A stretch of 64,000 nt of DNA from Hyphomonadaceae bacterium (GCA_050186235.1 JBFWYQ010000001.1:422678-486677); one strand, 5' to 3'; positions 27,727-38,902 are shown, counted from the first letter of the stretch. Numbers and translations are program-made. The notes: generated by a model not told the origin, from the sequence alone.

Positions 27727-28710
27727 GTGTTCGCTTTGAACGAAAAACCGCCTCTTGTCTCGCTCGCACCAATGGCTGGTGTGACGGACATCCCGTTTCG
27801 CCGTCAGGTCAAAGCGTTCGGCGGCCAATACTGCGTTTCCGAAATGGTGGCGTCCGACCAATTGGCGCGGGCGCGGATCGACATGATCCGCCGCGCAGCC
27901 GGTGCTGACGTGATCTCACCGTTGGTGATCCAACTCGCGGGACGGGACGCCCACTGGATGGCTGAGGCCGCCAGGCTCGCCGAGGCGGCGGGTGCGGATG
28001 TCATCGACATCAACATGGGGTGTCCGTCTAAGAGCGTGACGAGCGGGCTCTGCGGTTCGGCGCTGATGCGCGAGCCCGATCACGCAATACGCCTGGTGGA
28101 AGCGACGATGAACGCGACCAAGCTGCCGGTAACGCTGAAAATGCGTTTGGGGTGGGACGAGAAATCTTTGAATGCGCCGGAACTGGCCAGGCGCGCCGAA
28201 GCCGCCGGTGTGCGCATGCTCACGATACACGGCCGAACACGCAGCCAGTTCTTTGGCGGCGCAGCTGATTGGGCGGCGATCGCGCCGGTGGTTCAGGCCG
28301 TGCGTATCCCCGTGATCGCAAACGGAGACATCGGCACGGCGGCGGATGCACGGCGCGCGCTTGAGCTTTCCGACGCCGCCGGCGTGATGATTGGGCGGGC
28401 GGCGCAGGGCAAGCCGTGGCTGCCGGCAGCGATCGAGCGCGCGTTGAAAGCCGGCGGGGAGGTTTCGCCCCCACCCCGGGCGCGGCTGCTACAGAGTTTG
28501 CTCGCGCTCTACGACGACACGCTAGCATTCTATGACGGCGGGCTGGGCGTTCGCATTGCGCGTAAACACATCGCCTGGATGATTGATGCGGAGTTTGGCC
28601 CGGAGGCGCGCGAAGTCCGGAAAGAGATTTGCATGCTCGTGGACCCGCGCCGCGTGCGAGAGGAGTTGGTTCGGCTGTTCGATGGCGGCGTGGACCGGGT
28701 GGCGGCATGA
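27727..28710 (+). CDS. dusB: tRNA-dihydrouridine synthase (NifR3 family)
   Basis: LAPMAGVTD, IDINMGCP, VTLKMRLGW, TIHGRTR, IANGDI, MIGRAA. Confidence 0.96.
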   Translation: MFALNEKPPLVSLAPMAGVTDIPFRRQVKAFGGQYCVSEMVASDQLARARIDMIRRAAGADVISPLVIQLAGRDAHWMAEAARLAEAAGADVIDINMGCPSKSVTSGLCGSALMREPDHAIRLVEATMNATKLPVTLKMRLGWDEKSLNAPELARRAEAAGVRMLTIHGRTRSQFFGGAADWAAIAPVVQAVRIPVIANGDIGTAADARRALELSDAAGVMIGRAAQGKPWLPAAIERALKAGGEVSPPPRARLLQSLLALYDDTLAFYDGGLGVRIARKHIAWMIDAEFGPEAREVRKEICMLVDPRRVREELVRLFDGGVDRVAA

Positions 28711-29789
28711 ACGATCCGGTCCTCCGTCCGATGCAGCAGCGCGCACTGGCGCCGGACGCGGAACGCTGGCTCGAAGCATTGCCCGCGCCGGTGCTCGGGA
28801 TTGATGCGGGTGAGCGCATTCGCTTCGTGAATGCGGCGGCCGCTGAATTGTTGGCCGGTGTCGGGCGCGGCCTGCTCGGACGTCGTCTCGACGAAATATT
28901 TGGCAACGACGCGCCGATCATCGCGCTGGCGCGGCGCACTCTGACCGGCTCGAGCGGTGTGGCGGAAGCGGATGTCGCACTCGTCGGGCCGGGCTTCGCG
29001 TTGGGCCGCGCTACAGTAGCCGCCGCCCCGGTAGGGGAGAACGGCTACATCGCGCTGGTGATGACGCGACCGCCGCGGGCGCGCGCTGCGCCGCCCGCCG
29101 CGGCCAGTTCAGCGGCGCGCACCTTGGCGCACGAGGTGCGCAATCCGCTCGCCGGCATCCGGGCGGCCGCGCAACTCATTGCGCGGGTGGAGGATCCGGA
29201 ATCATCGGCGCTGGCGAAGCTGATTGTAGATGAGGTGGATCGCGTCCGCCGGCTGACTGACCGCATCGATCCGCTGGGCGCAGTCGAGCCACCGCGTTTT
29301 GAGCGCTTCAACATCCACGAAGCTCTAGATCGGGTGCGCAAATTGATCGGCTCGAGCGCGCCGCAGGTGATGATCCGCGAACGCTACGATCCGAGCCTGC
29401 CGCAGGTGCGCGGCGACCTCGATCAGCTTATCCAAGCCTTCCTCAACGTCGCGAAGAACGCCGCTGAAGCGGTGGCCGATCAGCCGGACGGCGAGATCGC
29501 AATTTCGACGTCCTATCGATCGGGCGTGAAATTCCGCTCGGCGGCGAGTGGGGCGGCGCGAGCGCAGCTCGAAGTGCAGATCGTCGACAATGGCCCGGGC
29601 CTGCATCCTGACGTCGCCGATCGTCTGTTCGAAGCGTTCGCGACGACCAAGAGCGGCGGAATGGGGCTTGGGCTCACGGTCGCTGCCGACATTATCGCCC
29701 GCCACGACGGGCGGATCGAAGTCGAGAGCGCGCCTGGCCGAACCGCTTTCAAGATTCTCCTGCCCATCGACCCGGACGAAACCCCATGA
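28707..29789 (+). CDS. ntrB: Nitrogen regulation sensor kinase (PAS + HK)
   Basis: PAS-like N-terminus; LAHEVRNPLAGIRAAAQL; DNGPG, GMGLGL; between dusB and ntrC; ATG 28707. Confidence 0.93.
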   Translation: MNDPVLRPMQQRALAPDAERWLEALPAPVLGIDAGERIRFVNAAAAELLAGVGRGLLGRRLDEIFGNDAPIIALARRTLTGSSGVAEADVALVGPGFALGRATVAAAPVGENGYIALVMTRPPRARAAPPAAASSAARTLAHEVRNPLAGIRAAAQLIARVEDPESSALAKLIVDEVDRVRRLTDRIDPLGAVEPPRFERFNIHEALDRVRKLIGSSAPQVMIRERYDPSLPQVRGDLDQLIQAFLNVAKNAAEAVADQPDGEIAISTSYRSGVKFRSAASGAARAQLEVQIVDNGPGLHPDVADRLFEAFATTKSGGMGLGLTVAADIIARHDGRIEVESAPGRTAFKILLPIDPDETP

Positions 29790-31165
29790 GCGCACGCATC
29801 CTCCTCGCCGAAGACGACAACTCGCTGCGGCTCGTTCTGTCGCAGGCGCTCGGCAAGGAAGGCTACGATGTTCGCGCCACCGGGAACGTTGCAACGCTGG
29901 CGAAGTGGGTGCGCGACGGCGAAGGCGATCTGGTGCTGAGCGATGTGTATATGGGCGACGATTGCGTGTTCGACGCGCTGCCGGCGATGCGCATGGCGCG
30001 ACCGCATCTGCCCGTGATCGTGATGAGCGCGCAGAGCACGGTGAGCACCGCGATGGGCGCCGCAGGAGCGGGCGCTTTCGACTATATGCCGAAACCGTTC
30101 GATCTGGACGATCTGATGACGGCGGTTAGGCGCGCGCTCACCGGCGGCCCCGACGCGAAGACGCGTGCGCAGGCTTCAAAGGCGGAGAAAGAGGAACGTC
30201 TGCCGCTGATCGGGCGCTCGGCGCCGATGCAAGACGTCTACCGCGTGATGGCGCGCGTGGCCGGCACCGATCTCACCGTGCTCATCGAAGGGGAGAGCGG
30301 CACCGGCAAAGAGCGTGTGGCGCGCGCCATACACGATCACGGACGGCGTGCGAGCGGGCCGTTCGTCGCCATGAGCCTTGCCGGCGCGCAATCGACGCAG
30401 CTCGAACGCGAGCTTTTCGGCCCGCAGGGCAAGTTCGCGCATGCGCAAGGCGGCACGCTGTTTCTTGAAGATATCGACGAACTGCCCTCGGACTCGCAGA
30501 CACGTCTCGCAGGCCTGCTGCACGCGGAAGAGCCCGGCGATCGCCCCGATGCGCGGCTCATCGTTTCATCGCAGCGCAATTTGGCTCAGCTGACGCGGCA
30601 GGGCGCGTTCCGGCAGGATTTGTTCTATCGCTTGAACGTCGTCGTCATCCGCATGCCGCCGCTGCGCGAGCGGCTGGAGGACATTGGCGATCTCGCGCGT
30701 GCATTTCTTGTGCGCGCCAAGCGCGAGGGGCTGCCGGACAAGTCGATCGACAACGCCGCGATCGAACGGCTCAAGGCGCATAGTTTTCCGGGCAATCTTC
30801 GTGAACTCGAAAATCTGCTTCGTCGTGCCACCGCGCTCAGCCCCGCGAGCGTCATCACCGCGCGTGAAATTGGCCGTGAACTAGGGCACGCCGACAATAA
30901 CCTCTCGCCGGAGGAAGCGGCGGAAGGGTTCGAAGCCGCGGTCACGCGTCGTCTCGAAGGCGAATTCGCTGCTGCCAGCCCTGGCCTACCGTCGCCGGGG
31001 CTGTATGATCGGCTCCTAGCCGAGATGGAGCGGCCGCTGATCAACCAGGCGCTCCAAGCCACGCGCGGCAATCAGATTAAGGCCGCGGCGATCCTTGGGA
31101 TTAACCGCAATACCTTGCGGAAGAAGATCCAAACCCTGGGTCTGCCTACTGGGCGAGGCGATTGA
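29786..31165 (+). CDS. ntrC: Nitrogen regulation response regulator, lacking the GAFTGA loop
   Basis: REC (LSDVYM), Walker A GESGTGKE, RQDLFYRLNV, Fis-type HTH GNQIKAAAILGINRNTLRKK. Confidence 0.95.
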   Translation: MSARILLAEDDNSLRLVLSQALGKEGYDVRATGNVATLAKWVRDGEGDLVLSDVYMGDDCVFDALPAMRMARPHLPVIVMSAQSTVSTAMGAAGAGAFDYMPKPFDLDDLMTAVRRALTGGPDAKTRAQASKAEKEERLPLIGRSAPMQDVYRVMARVAGTDLTVLIEGESGTGKERVARAIHDHGRRASGPFVAMSLAGAQSTQLERELFGPQGKFAHAQGGTLFLEDIDELPSDSQTRLAGLLHAEEPGDRPDARLIVSSQRNLAQLTRQGAFRQDLFYRLNVVVIRMPPLRERLEDIGDLARAFLVRAKREGLPDKSIDNAAIERLKAHSFPGNLRELENLLRRATALSPASVITAREIGRELGHADNNLSPEEAAEGFEAAVTRRLEGEFAAASPGLPSPGLYDRLLAEMERPLINQALQATRGNQIKAAAILGINRNTLRKKIQTLGLPTGRGD

Positions 31166-31225
31166 CCTGAGCGTGATATTGGTTCAACACCATGTGGCTT
31201 CTCAGCAACATGGTGACCCCCGGCC

Positions 31226-33466
31226 ATGGCAGAAATCACGGCAAACGAGCCGGCGGACGCCGCCGTTCTCAGCGACCAACCGCAAAGCCGCAGCGCGTTG
31301 ACGTTTCTCGTGGGCTTCGGCGTCGCCGGCGCGATGACGGCTGTCGCCACGGTTACCTTGTTGATGGGAGACGGGCTCGCCGGCGAAAACAACGGCCTCA
31401 TCCGCGCGCTGTTGATCGCAAGCCTTGTGATCTCAGCCGGGCTGGCCGGCATTCTCGTCCATCGCATCTTGCGCGTCGCGCGCGCGTGGCGCGCGGCGGC
31501 GACAGGCGCGCGTTTGCATTTGCGCTTCGTCACACTGTTCAGTCTTGCTGCACTCGCGCCGGCCATCATCGTCGCGGCGTTTCTGGGCTTCACGTTCACG
31601 CAGGGCGTCGAACGGTGGTTCAGTCAGCGGGTCGAGAGCACGATCGAGAACGCCGCTGATGTCGGGCGCGCCTATGTCGAACTCGCCTCCGGCGGTCTCG
31701 GCGGCGAAGTACAAGCGATGGCGGAGGACTTGAACAACGCCCGTCGCGGTTTGACGGACGATCCCGAACGTTATGCTGCGTTCTTGCAGCTGCAGGGTGA
31801 ACGCCGCGAGCTCTCTTCGGTCTACGTCATCGACAGTGGCGGCGGCGTGCTGGCGGGGGGCGCTGTTATGAACGACGCGGCGCCGTATCGGGCGCCGTCC
31901 GCGGAAGCGTACGCAACAGCAAATCTAGGCCAAGTTTCGGTTCGCTTCGACCAGGACAACGATCGCTTACGCGCGCTCTACCGGCTCTCCGCCTACAATG
32001 ACGCTTACGTGCTGGTGTCCAAGAACTTGGAGCCGGGGCTGGTGGCGCAGCTGCGGCAGTTCGAAGAATCCGTGAATGAATATCGCGCAGCGCGATTGCA
32101 GCAGAACTCGCTGCGCGGCCTGTTCGGCATGGCGTATTTCTCGACGGCAGTCCTGCTGCTGTTGGCCGCCGGTTGGGTTGGGCTCACCAGTGCGACGCGC
32201 GTGGCGGCGCCGATTGGCCGCCTGGTTGGCGCAGCGCGTCGTGTGGCGTCGGGCGATCTGAAGGCGCGCGTGTCAGTGGGGGAAGAGCGCGACGAAGTGG
32301 ATGCGCTCGCGAGCGCGTTCAACCGCATGACCGCACAGCTTGAAACGCAGCGGCGCGAGCTAGTGACGGCGCAGGAGGATTCGGAGAATCGCCGCTCGTT
32401 CATCGAAGCGGTGCTGGGCGGCGTGAGCGCCGGCGTGATGGGTCTCGACAATAATGGGCGCATCAGCGCAGCGAACCGCTCGGCCGTGCAGTTGCTGGGG
32501 CTCGAGAACACCGACATCATCGGCCGGCGCCTGATCGATCTCGCGCCAGAGTTCACCGATCTGCTCAACCAACCGCCCCCCGCTGCGGAAATGCCGCCGC
32601 AGCGCGTCGATCTGATGCGCGAAGGGGGTTCGGTGAATCTGAGCGTCCGCATGAGCCCGGAGGCCGATGGCGGCCTCGTGCTCACCTTCGACGACATGAC
32701 GAAACTGATTTCGGCTCAGCGCCAGGAAGCCTGGAAAGACGTGGCGCGCCGGATCGCCCACGAGATCAAGAACCCGCTTACCCCGATTCAGCTTTCGGCA
32801 GAGCGGCTGCGCAAGAAGTACAGCGCCGAGATCACTTCGGATCCCGACACTTTCGCCAAATGCACCGACACGATTCTGCGGCAGGTCGCCGATATCGGGC
32901 GCATGGTCGATGAGTTTTCCTCGTTTGCGCGCATGCCGACGCCCGTTCTGGCCTTCGCCGACATCAGCGAGGTTGCCCGTTCGACTGCCTTTGCGCAGCG
33001 GCTCGTATTCCCGGACGTGCGGATCGAGGTTGAAGGCGTCGATCGGCCGATCGGGCTCGTGAGCGACGAGCGTTTGATCGGCCAAGCGCTGCTGAACTTG
33101 ATCAAGAACGCGAGCGAGAGCGTGCAGGCGCGGCGTGAACGCGACGGCGAACCCAAGGATGGTTTCGTCATCTTGCGCCTGCGCGATCTGGATTTCGGCG
33201 TGCAGTTCGAGGTGATCGACAACGGGTTGGGCTTCCCGGAAAAGGATCGTCACCGGTTGATCGAACCATATGTCACCACGCGCACCAGAGGCGCGGGCCT
33301 CGGCCTCGCCATCGTCGCGCGCATCATCGAAGACCACGGGGGGCTAATAGAGTTGGACGACGCGCCGGGCGGAGGGCCCGGCGCAGTCGTTCGTTTTGTT
33401 CTCCCTAAACGCGGCGAAGACGCCATCGAGTCCGCTGCAGAACATGGCGCAGGAGCCCCCCGATGA
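31226..33466 (+). CDS. ntrY: Sensor histidine kinase NtrY
   Basis: TMs, HAMP (AFNRMT.QL), PAS, AWKDVARRIAHEIKNPLTPIQLSAERL. Confidence 0.95.
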   Translation: MAEITANEPADAAVLSDQPQSRSALTFLVGFGVAGAMTAVATVTLLMGDGLAGENNGLIRALLIASLVISAGLAGILVHRILRVARAWRAAATGARLHLRFVTLFSLAALAPAIIVAAFLGFTFTQGVERWFSQRVESTIENAADVGRAYVELASGGLGGEVQAMAEDLNNARRGLTDDPERYAAFLQLQGERRELSSVYVIDSGGGVLAGGAVMNDAAPYRAPSAEAYATANLGQVSVRFDQDNDRLRALYRLSAYNDAYVLVSKNLEPGLVAQLRQFEESVNEYRAARLQQNSLRGLFGMAYFSTAVLLLLAAGWVGLTSATRVAAPIGRLVGAARRVASGDLKARVSVGEERDEVDALASAFNRMTAQLETQRRELVTAQEDSENRRSFIEAVLGGVSAGVMGLDNNGRISAANRSAVQLLGLENTDIIGRRLIDLAPEFTDLLNQPPPAAEMPPQRVDLMREGGSVNLSVRMSPEADGGLVLTFDDMTKLISAQRQEAWKDVARRIAHEIKNPLTPIQLSAERLRKKYSAEITSDPDTFAKCTDTILRQVADIGRMVDEFSSFARMPTPVLAFADISEVARSTAFAQRLVFPDVRIEVEGVDRPIGLVSDERLIGQALLNLIKNASESVQARRERDGEPKDGFVILRLRDLDFGVQFEVIDNGLGFPEKDRHRLIEPYVTTRTRGAGLGLAIVARIIEDHGGLIELDDAPGGGPGAVVRFVLPKRGEDAIESAAEHGAGAPR

Positions 33467-34857
33467 CCCAAGACATTCTCGTCGTCGACGACGAAGCTGA
33501 CATCCGCGATCTCATCTCCGGCATCCTCGAAGACGACGGCCACCAGGTGCGCACCGCTCGCGACAGCGACGAGGCGCTGAATGCGTTCGGCAAGCGCAAG
33601 CCCTCTCTGATCGTGCTCGACATCTGGCTGCAAGGCAGCCGGATGGACGGACTCGACCTGCTGGCGAATTTCAAGGAGATCGATCCCGAAATGCCTGTCG
33701 TGGTGATCTCCGGTCACGGCACGATCGAGACAGCGGTCGCCGCGATCCGCAAGGGCGCATACGACTTCGTAGAGAAGCCGTTCACCGCCGATCGGCTGCT
33801 GCACGTCGTCTCACGCGCGCTGGAAGCGACGCGGCTGAAGCGCGAGAACGCCGAACTTAAGGCGCGGTCGGCAGCGAGCGACAACCTGGTTGGTTCATCG
33901 CCGGTCATGGCGGCGTTGCGCGCGGCCATCGACAGAGTGGCGCAGACCAATTCGCGCGTGCTCATCGCCGGGCCAGCGGGCGCCGGCAAGGAGCTTGTAG
34001 CGCGCCTGGTGCACGAGCGCAGCCCGCGCGCGCAGGGCGCCTTCGTGGCGATCAACGCGGCTTCGATCGCGCCTGAGCGGATGGAAAGCGAAATTTTTGG
34101 CGAAGAGGGCGCGGACGGGCGGCCCAAGAAGATCGGCGTGTTCGAACAGGCGCACATGGGCACGCTCTTTCTCGACGAAGTCGGCGACATGCCGCTCGAG
34201 ACACAATCGAAAATCCTACGTGTGCTCATCGATCAACGCTTCAAGCGCCTGCATGGCGCCAACGACGTGCAGGTGAATGTGCGCGTGGTGTCCTCGACAT
34301 CACGCGATCTGAGCGGCGACATCGCCGCCGGGCGTTTCCGTGAGGACCTCTATCATCGCCTGAACGTCGTGCCGCTGAGGGCGCCGAGCTTGGCCGAGCG
34401 TCGTGAAGACATTCCCGAATTGGCGGGTTATTTCGTTGGCCGGCTCGCAGGCATGTCCGGCGTCCCGGCGCGCCAGATCGGCGAGGACGCGCTTGCGGCG
34501 CTGCAGGCGGCCGACTGGCCGGGCAACGTGCGCCAGTTGCGCAACGTCATCGAGCGCATTCTCATCCTGGCGACGGGAGATCCCAACACGCCGGTCACGG
34601 TCGATGCGCTGCCCGAGGATGCTTGGCCGCAAGCTGGATTCTCGAAGCGCGATGGGCTGCAACAAGTGATCGGCCTGCCGCTGCGCGATGCGCGTGAACG
34701 GTTCGAGCGCGAATATCTCAACGTTCAGATTACGCGCTTCGGCGGCAATATCTCGCGCACCGCTGCGTTCATCGGCATGGAGCGTTCGGCGCTGCATCGC
34801 AAGCTCAAGTCGCTGGGCGTCGATCCGCCCGGGCGCAACGGCACCGAGGCCGAATGA
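33463..34857 (+). CDS. ntrX: Response regulator NtrX
   Basis: LDIWLQGS.MDG, GPAGAGKE, LFLDEVGDM, FGGNISRTA.FIGMERSALHRKLK. Confidence 0.96.
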   Translation: MTQDILVVDDEADIRDLISGILEDDGHQVRTARDSDEALNAFGKRKPSLIVLDIWLQGSRMDGLDLLANFKEIDPEMPVVVISGHGTIETAVAAIRKGAYDFVEKPFTADRLLHVVSRALEATRLKRENAELKARSAASDNLVGSSPVMAALRAAIDRVAQTNSRVLIAGPAGAGKELVARLVHERSPRAQGAFVAINAASIAPERMESEIFGEEGADGRPKKIGVFEQAHMGTLFLDEVGDMPLETQSKILRVLIDQRFKRLHGANDVQVNVRVVSSTSRDLSGDIAAGRFREDLYHRLNVVPLRAPSLAERREDIPELAGYFVGRLAGMSGVPARQIGEDALAALQAADWPGNVRQLRNVIERILILATGDPNTPVTVDALPEDAWPQAGFSKRDGLQQVIGLPLRDARERFEREYLNVQITRFGGNISRTAAFIGMERSALHRKLKSLGVDPPGRNGTEAE

Positions 34858-35699
34858 GCCGCGTCGCCTATGTGAACGGCGTCTACCTGCCTCTGCGCAA
34901 CGCCAGGATTTCGATTATGGACCGCGGCTTTCAGTTTGCGGATTCGATCTACGAGGTTTGGGCGGTGCGCGGCGGGCGCATGTTCGATGTCGACGAGCAC
35001 ATGGCGCGGCTACAGCGTTCGCTCGCTGAGTTGCGCATCACGCCGCCGATGAACGAAGCGTCGCTGATGGCGGTGATGCGCGAGACCATGCGGCGCAACC
35101 GAGTGCGCGAAGGGATCGTCTATGTGCAGGTGAGCCGAGGCGCGGCTAACCGCGACCACGTGTTTCCGGCGGCGCACACCAGGCCCACGCTTGTGGTGAC
35201 CGCGAAGAACCTCGATCGTCACGCCATCGCCAGACGCGCGGCGGCGGGCGTCAGGATCATAAGCGCGCCGGAGACGCGCTGGCGGCGGCGCGACATCAAA
35301 TCAGTGAACCTCCTCCCCAACGTGCTGGCGCGCCAGGGAGCGAAGGAGAAGGGCGCGTTCGAAGCGTGGTTCGTCGACGAGAACGGCATCGTCACTGAAG
35401 GCACTTCCTCCACCGCATGGATTGTCGACGCCGAGGGGGTTTTGCGCACGCGAGAGTTGTCGCACGAGATCCTCCACGGCGTCACACGCGCTGCAGTGCT
35501 GAAGCTGGCGCAAGAGCGGCAGATGAAGGTGGAGGAACGCCCGTTCTCGATCGAAGAAGCGAAAGCGGCGCGCGAAGCTTTCATCACGGCGGCATCGAAT
35601 GCGGCCACAGCCGTCGTTGCCATCGATGACGTACAAATCGGCGATGGCCGGCCGGGTCCTGTCACACAAGCGTTACGCGCCGCTTATTTGGGCGCCTGA
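34854..35699 (+). CDS. dat: D-amino-acid transaminase (class IV PLP)
   Basis: AYVNG, DRGFQFADSIYEV, RRDIKSVNLLPNVLA, TEGTSST, ILHGVTR. Confidence 0.9.
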   Translation: MSRVAYVNGVYLPLRNARISIMDRGFQFADSIYEVWAVRGGRMFDVDEHMARLQRSLAELRITPPMNEASLMAVMRETMRRNRVREGIVYVQVSRGAANRDHVFPAAHTRPTLVVTAKNLDRHAIARRAAAGVRIISAPETRWRRRDIKSVNLLPNVLARQGAKEKGAFEAWFVDENGIVTEGTSSTAWIVDAEGVLRTRELSHEILHGVTRAAVLKLAQERQMKVEERPFSIEEAKAAREAFITAASNAATAVVAIDDVQIGDGRPGPVTQALRAAYLGA

Positions 35700-35813
35700 G
35701 CGATAATCGCCTCCGTTCCGGTTGGCGAACGCCGCGGCGCACCCTATAGCTGCTATCGCAGCCTCGCGTTCGACGGGGCGCCATAAAACTCAAGGAACAT
35801 GGGGGCTAACACC

Positions 35814-36065
35814 ATGGATAAGAAACAAAACCTCCAGGACACGTTTCTGAACGCGGTCCGCAAGGCCAAGACGCCGCTCACGATCTTTCTGGTCAACGGC
35901 GTGAAGTTGCAGGGCGTCGTCACCTGGTTCGACAATTTCTGTGTGCTGTTGCGCCGCGACGGCCAGGTGCAGCTCGTCTACAAACACGCGATCTCGACCA
36001 TCATGCCGGGCGCTCCCGTCCAGCTCTTCGAAATCGACAAGGCCGCTGATGAAGCTGACGGCTGA
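35814..36065 (+). CDS. hfq: RNA chaperone Hfq
   Basis: [30 protein letters not shown]; ATG 35814 preferred (35799 is an alternative). Confidence 0.98.
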   Translation: MDKKQNLQDTFLNAVRKAKTPLTIFLVNGVKLQGVVTWFDNFCVLLRRDGQVQLVYKHAISTIMPGAPVQLFEIDKAADEADG

Positions 36066-37401
36066 GACGCCGATCAAAGATTTGAACAAGGCCATCGTCC
36101 TGCGCCCGCTCGCGAGCGCGGAGGAAAGCGTGCGCGACGGCGAAGCGCGGCTGCTGGAAGCTGTCGGTCTCGCACAGGCGCTCGGGCTTGAGGTGACGAG
36201 CGCTGAGGCTGCGCCGCTGCGTCAGATCAGTCCGCGAACGTATTTTGGTTCGGGGCGTGTTGAGCGGTTGAAAGATCAATCGGAAGAACTCAGCGCCGGC
36301 GTGATCGTCGTCGACGCCGCGCTCTCGCCGGTGCAACAACGCAACCTCGAGACGGATATCGGCTCGAAGGTGATCGACCGCACGGGGCTGATCCTCGAAA
36401 TCTTCGGCCTTCGCGCGCGCACGAAAGAGGGCAAGCTCCAGGTCGAACTGGCGCGCCAGGGTTACGAACGCTCCCGCCTCGTGCGCACATGGACGCACTT
36501 GGAACGCCAGCGCGGCGGCCTGGGAAAAACCGGCGGCCCTGGCGAAACGCAGATCGAACTCGATCGCCGCATTATCGCCGACCGCATCATCAAGCTGAAG
36601 AAGGAGCTGGAGGACGTGCGGCGGACGCGCGGGCTGCAACGCCGCGCCCGTGCGCGCGCGGGCCTGCCTGCCGTGGTGCTGGTCGGATACACGAACGCCG
36701 GCAAATCGACGCTGTTCAATCGCCTCACGCAAGCGGGCGTGCTGGCGCGAGACATGCTGTTCGCAACGCTCGATCCGACGGCGCGGCAAGTGAAGCTGCC
36801 GACCGGGCGCGCGGTGATCATGAGCGATACGGTCGGCTTCATTTCCGATTTGCCGCACGAACTGGTCGAGAGTTTTCGTGCGACGCTCGAAGCGGTGACT
36901 GAGGCGGATTTGCTCGTGCACGTGCGCGATATCGCCCATCCGCAGAGCGAGGATCAGAAGGCCGACGTGCTCGCGGTGCTGGGCCAGCTCGAGAGCGACG
37001 CGGGGCGAAAGATGCCGCCGGTGCTCGAAGCCTGGAACAAGATCGACTTACTCGATGACGCGACGCGCATTGGCCGCATGCGCCGCGCAGAGGCGGCGGC
37101 GGAGGGGCAGGGCGCCCTGCCCCCCGTCGCGCTCTCGGCGGAGACGGGGGAGGGCTTGGACGCCCTGCTCGCGGCGATCGACCGCGCCGCCTTCTCCGCC
37201 ACGCGTGTCATCACCCTCACCTTGCCTCCGAACGATGCCGGGCGCGTGCGCGCCCAGATCGCGGCGGCTGGCAAGATTCTCGAAGAAAGCACCGACGAAC
37301 ACGGCCATCACACTTTGCGCGCGGAACTGCTGGTGGCAGACGCTGCGCGCTTTGCGCCGCTCGAGCCCCTGCCCGAAGAACTGCGCCCAGCGGCGGAGTA
37401 G
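36049..37401 (+). CDS. hflX: GTPase HflX
   Basis: [51 protein letters not shown]; ATG 36049 overlaps hfq. Confidence 0.97.
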   Translation: MKLTAETPIKDLNKAIVLRPLASAEESVRDGEARLLEAVGLAQALGLEVTSAEAAPLRQISPRTYFGSGRVERLKDQSEELSAGVIVVDAALSPVQQRNLETDIGSKVIDRTGLILEIFGLRARTKEGKLQVELARQGYERSRLVRTWTHLERQRGGLGKTGGPGETQIELDRRIIADRIIKLKKELEDVRRTRGLQRRARARAGLPAVVLVGYTNAGKSTLFNRLTQAGVLARDMLFATLDPTARQVKLPTGRAVIMSDTVGFISDLPHELVESFRATLEAVTEADLLVHVRDIAHPQSEDQKADVLAVLGQLESDAGRKMPPVLEAWNKIDLLDDATRIGRMRRAEAAAEGQGALPPVALSAETGEGLDALLAAIDRAAFSATRVITLTLPPNDAGRVRAQIAAAGKILEESTDEHGHHTLRAELLVADAARFAPLEPLPEELRPAAE

Positions 37402-37407
37402 GGGCGC

Positions 37408-37453
37408 ACTCGTCATCCTGGGGCGCACGTAGTGCGAACCCAGGATGACGAGT
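37408..37453. repeat. CGTC-tagged REP-like palindrome between convergent genes (likely bidirectional terminator)
   Basis: ACTCGTCATCCTGGG-gcgcacgtagtgcgaa-CCCAGGATGACGAGT, 15-bp perfect stem with an inner hairpin. Confidence 0.85.
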
Positions 37454-38860
37454 TCAATCGGCGCGATTCAGGCGCTCCACCAGCTCCGCCGCGAACGTGC
37501 TCAGCGTGTCGTCCCTTGCGCCCATGATGACGATGCGGTCGCCGGGTTCGGCGAGTTCGATCAGCTTGTCGCCGCAGGCGTTGCGTTCGGCGAAAGCAAG
37601 CGCTTGCAGATGGCGGGCGCGCACGCCGGCGACGATGTGTTCGCTGGTGACGCTGCGGTCGACGGTGCCGCCGAAATAGACTGGGTCCGGCATAATCAGC
37701 ACGTCGTCGTCGGCCATGCGACCGGCGAAGACGTCGATGAATTCCTGGCGCATCAGCTTCAGCGGGCCGAAGCCATGCGGCTGGAACATGATCAGCAAGC
37801 GGCCTGGAAAGGCATGAAGCGTGTCGAGCGTGGCGGTGATCTTGTCGGGGTTATGCGCAAAATCGTCGATCACGGTGACGCCGCCGGCTTTGCCGACGAT
37901 TTCGAGCCGGCGTTTTGTGCCTAAGAAGCCTCTGAGCGCCTCAGCCGCATCTTTAAGCGAAAGTCCGTAAGCGCGTGCCGCGGAGAGCGCGGCGAGGGCG
38001 TTGGCGACATTGTGCTCGCCAGGGACGGCGAGGTCCACCGTCGCCGTGTGTCGCGTGTCCTTCTCCAGCACATCGAACGAAACGCCGTCGGGCGCTAGCC
38101 GGATCTCGCTGCAATGGAGATCGGCGAGGCCGCTGCGCAGCGAGAACGTGCGCATGCGCGTGCGCGTCTTCATCAGCAGCGCCGCGGTTTCTTCGTTGTC
38201 GAGGCTCAGGACCGCGATCTCGGCCTTGTTGACGAAGGCAGCGAACAGCGCGCGCAGCTCGTCCATGCTCTTGTGGTCGAGAGCGATGTTGTTGACGACG
38301 GCGATCGTAGGCTCGTAGCGGGCGATGGAGCCGTCGCTCTCGTCGACTTCGCTGACGAAGGCGTCGCCACGGCCGACGAGCGCACTGGCAAAGAGGGCAT
38401 CGGGCGTGACGAAGTTCTTCATCACGGCGCCATTCATGACGGTAGGATCGCGGCCGGCGCGGTGGAGCATCCAGGCGATCATCGCCGTGGTGGTGGATTT
38501 GCCGCTGGTGCCGGCGACGCCGATGCGCACGGGCGCGGAATTGAACAGCTCGGCTAGCAGCTCCGGCCGCTTCATGTCGCGCGCGCCGATGCGCTTGGCG
38601 GCGACGACATCGCCGACAGTGTCTTCCACCGCCGCCGAGCGCACGAGAATCTGATCAGCGCTGGTGACGCCAGAGCCGTCTTGCGGGAAGAGGGCTATGC
38701 CTTGGGCTTTGAGGTATTCGAATTTCGCGCCGAGGCGGCCCTGGTCGAGCGAACGGTCGGAGCCGGCCACCTGATGCCCGCGCGCGCGCAGAATGAGCGC
38801 CAGGGGCAGCATGCCCGAACCGCCGACGCCGCTCATGAAATAGGATTTGGCCTGACTCAT
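37454..38860 (-). CDS. Stand-alone MurC/Mpl-like Mur ligase
   Basis: [20 protein letters not shown]-loop, EVDESDG, PGEHN..NA, DDFAHNP, FQPHG. Confidence 0.88.
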   Translation of the reverse strand: MSQAKSYFMSGVGGSGMLPLALILRARGHQVAGSDRSLDQGRLGAKFEYLKAQGIALFPQDGSGVTSADQILVRSAAVEDTVGDVVAAKRIGARDMKRPELLAELFNSAPVRIGVAGTSGKSTTTAMIAWMLHRAGRDPTVMNGAVMKNFVTPDALFASALVGRGDAFVSEVDESDGSIARYEPTIAVVNNIALDHKSMDELRALFAAFVNKAEIAVLSLDNEETAALLMKTRTRMRTFSLRSGLADLHCSEIRLAPDGVSFDVLEKDTRHTATVDLAVPGEHNVANALAALSAARAYGLSLKDAAEALRGFLGTKRRLEIVGKAGGVTVIDDFAHNPDKITATLDTLHAFPGRLLIMFQPHGFGPLKLMRQEFIDVFAGRMADDDVLIMPDPVYFGGTVDRSVTSEHIVAGVRARHLQALAFAERNACGDKLIELAEPGDRIVIMGARDDTLSTFAAELVERLNRAD

Positions 38861-38902
38861 CGGCCCCGGTTATGACGAGAAACGCCGCTCACCGGCAAGG
38901 AT

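Noticed and set aside
34081-34140. NtrX lacks GAFTGA
   Set aside because: This is a known general property of NtrX proteins.
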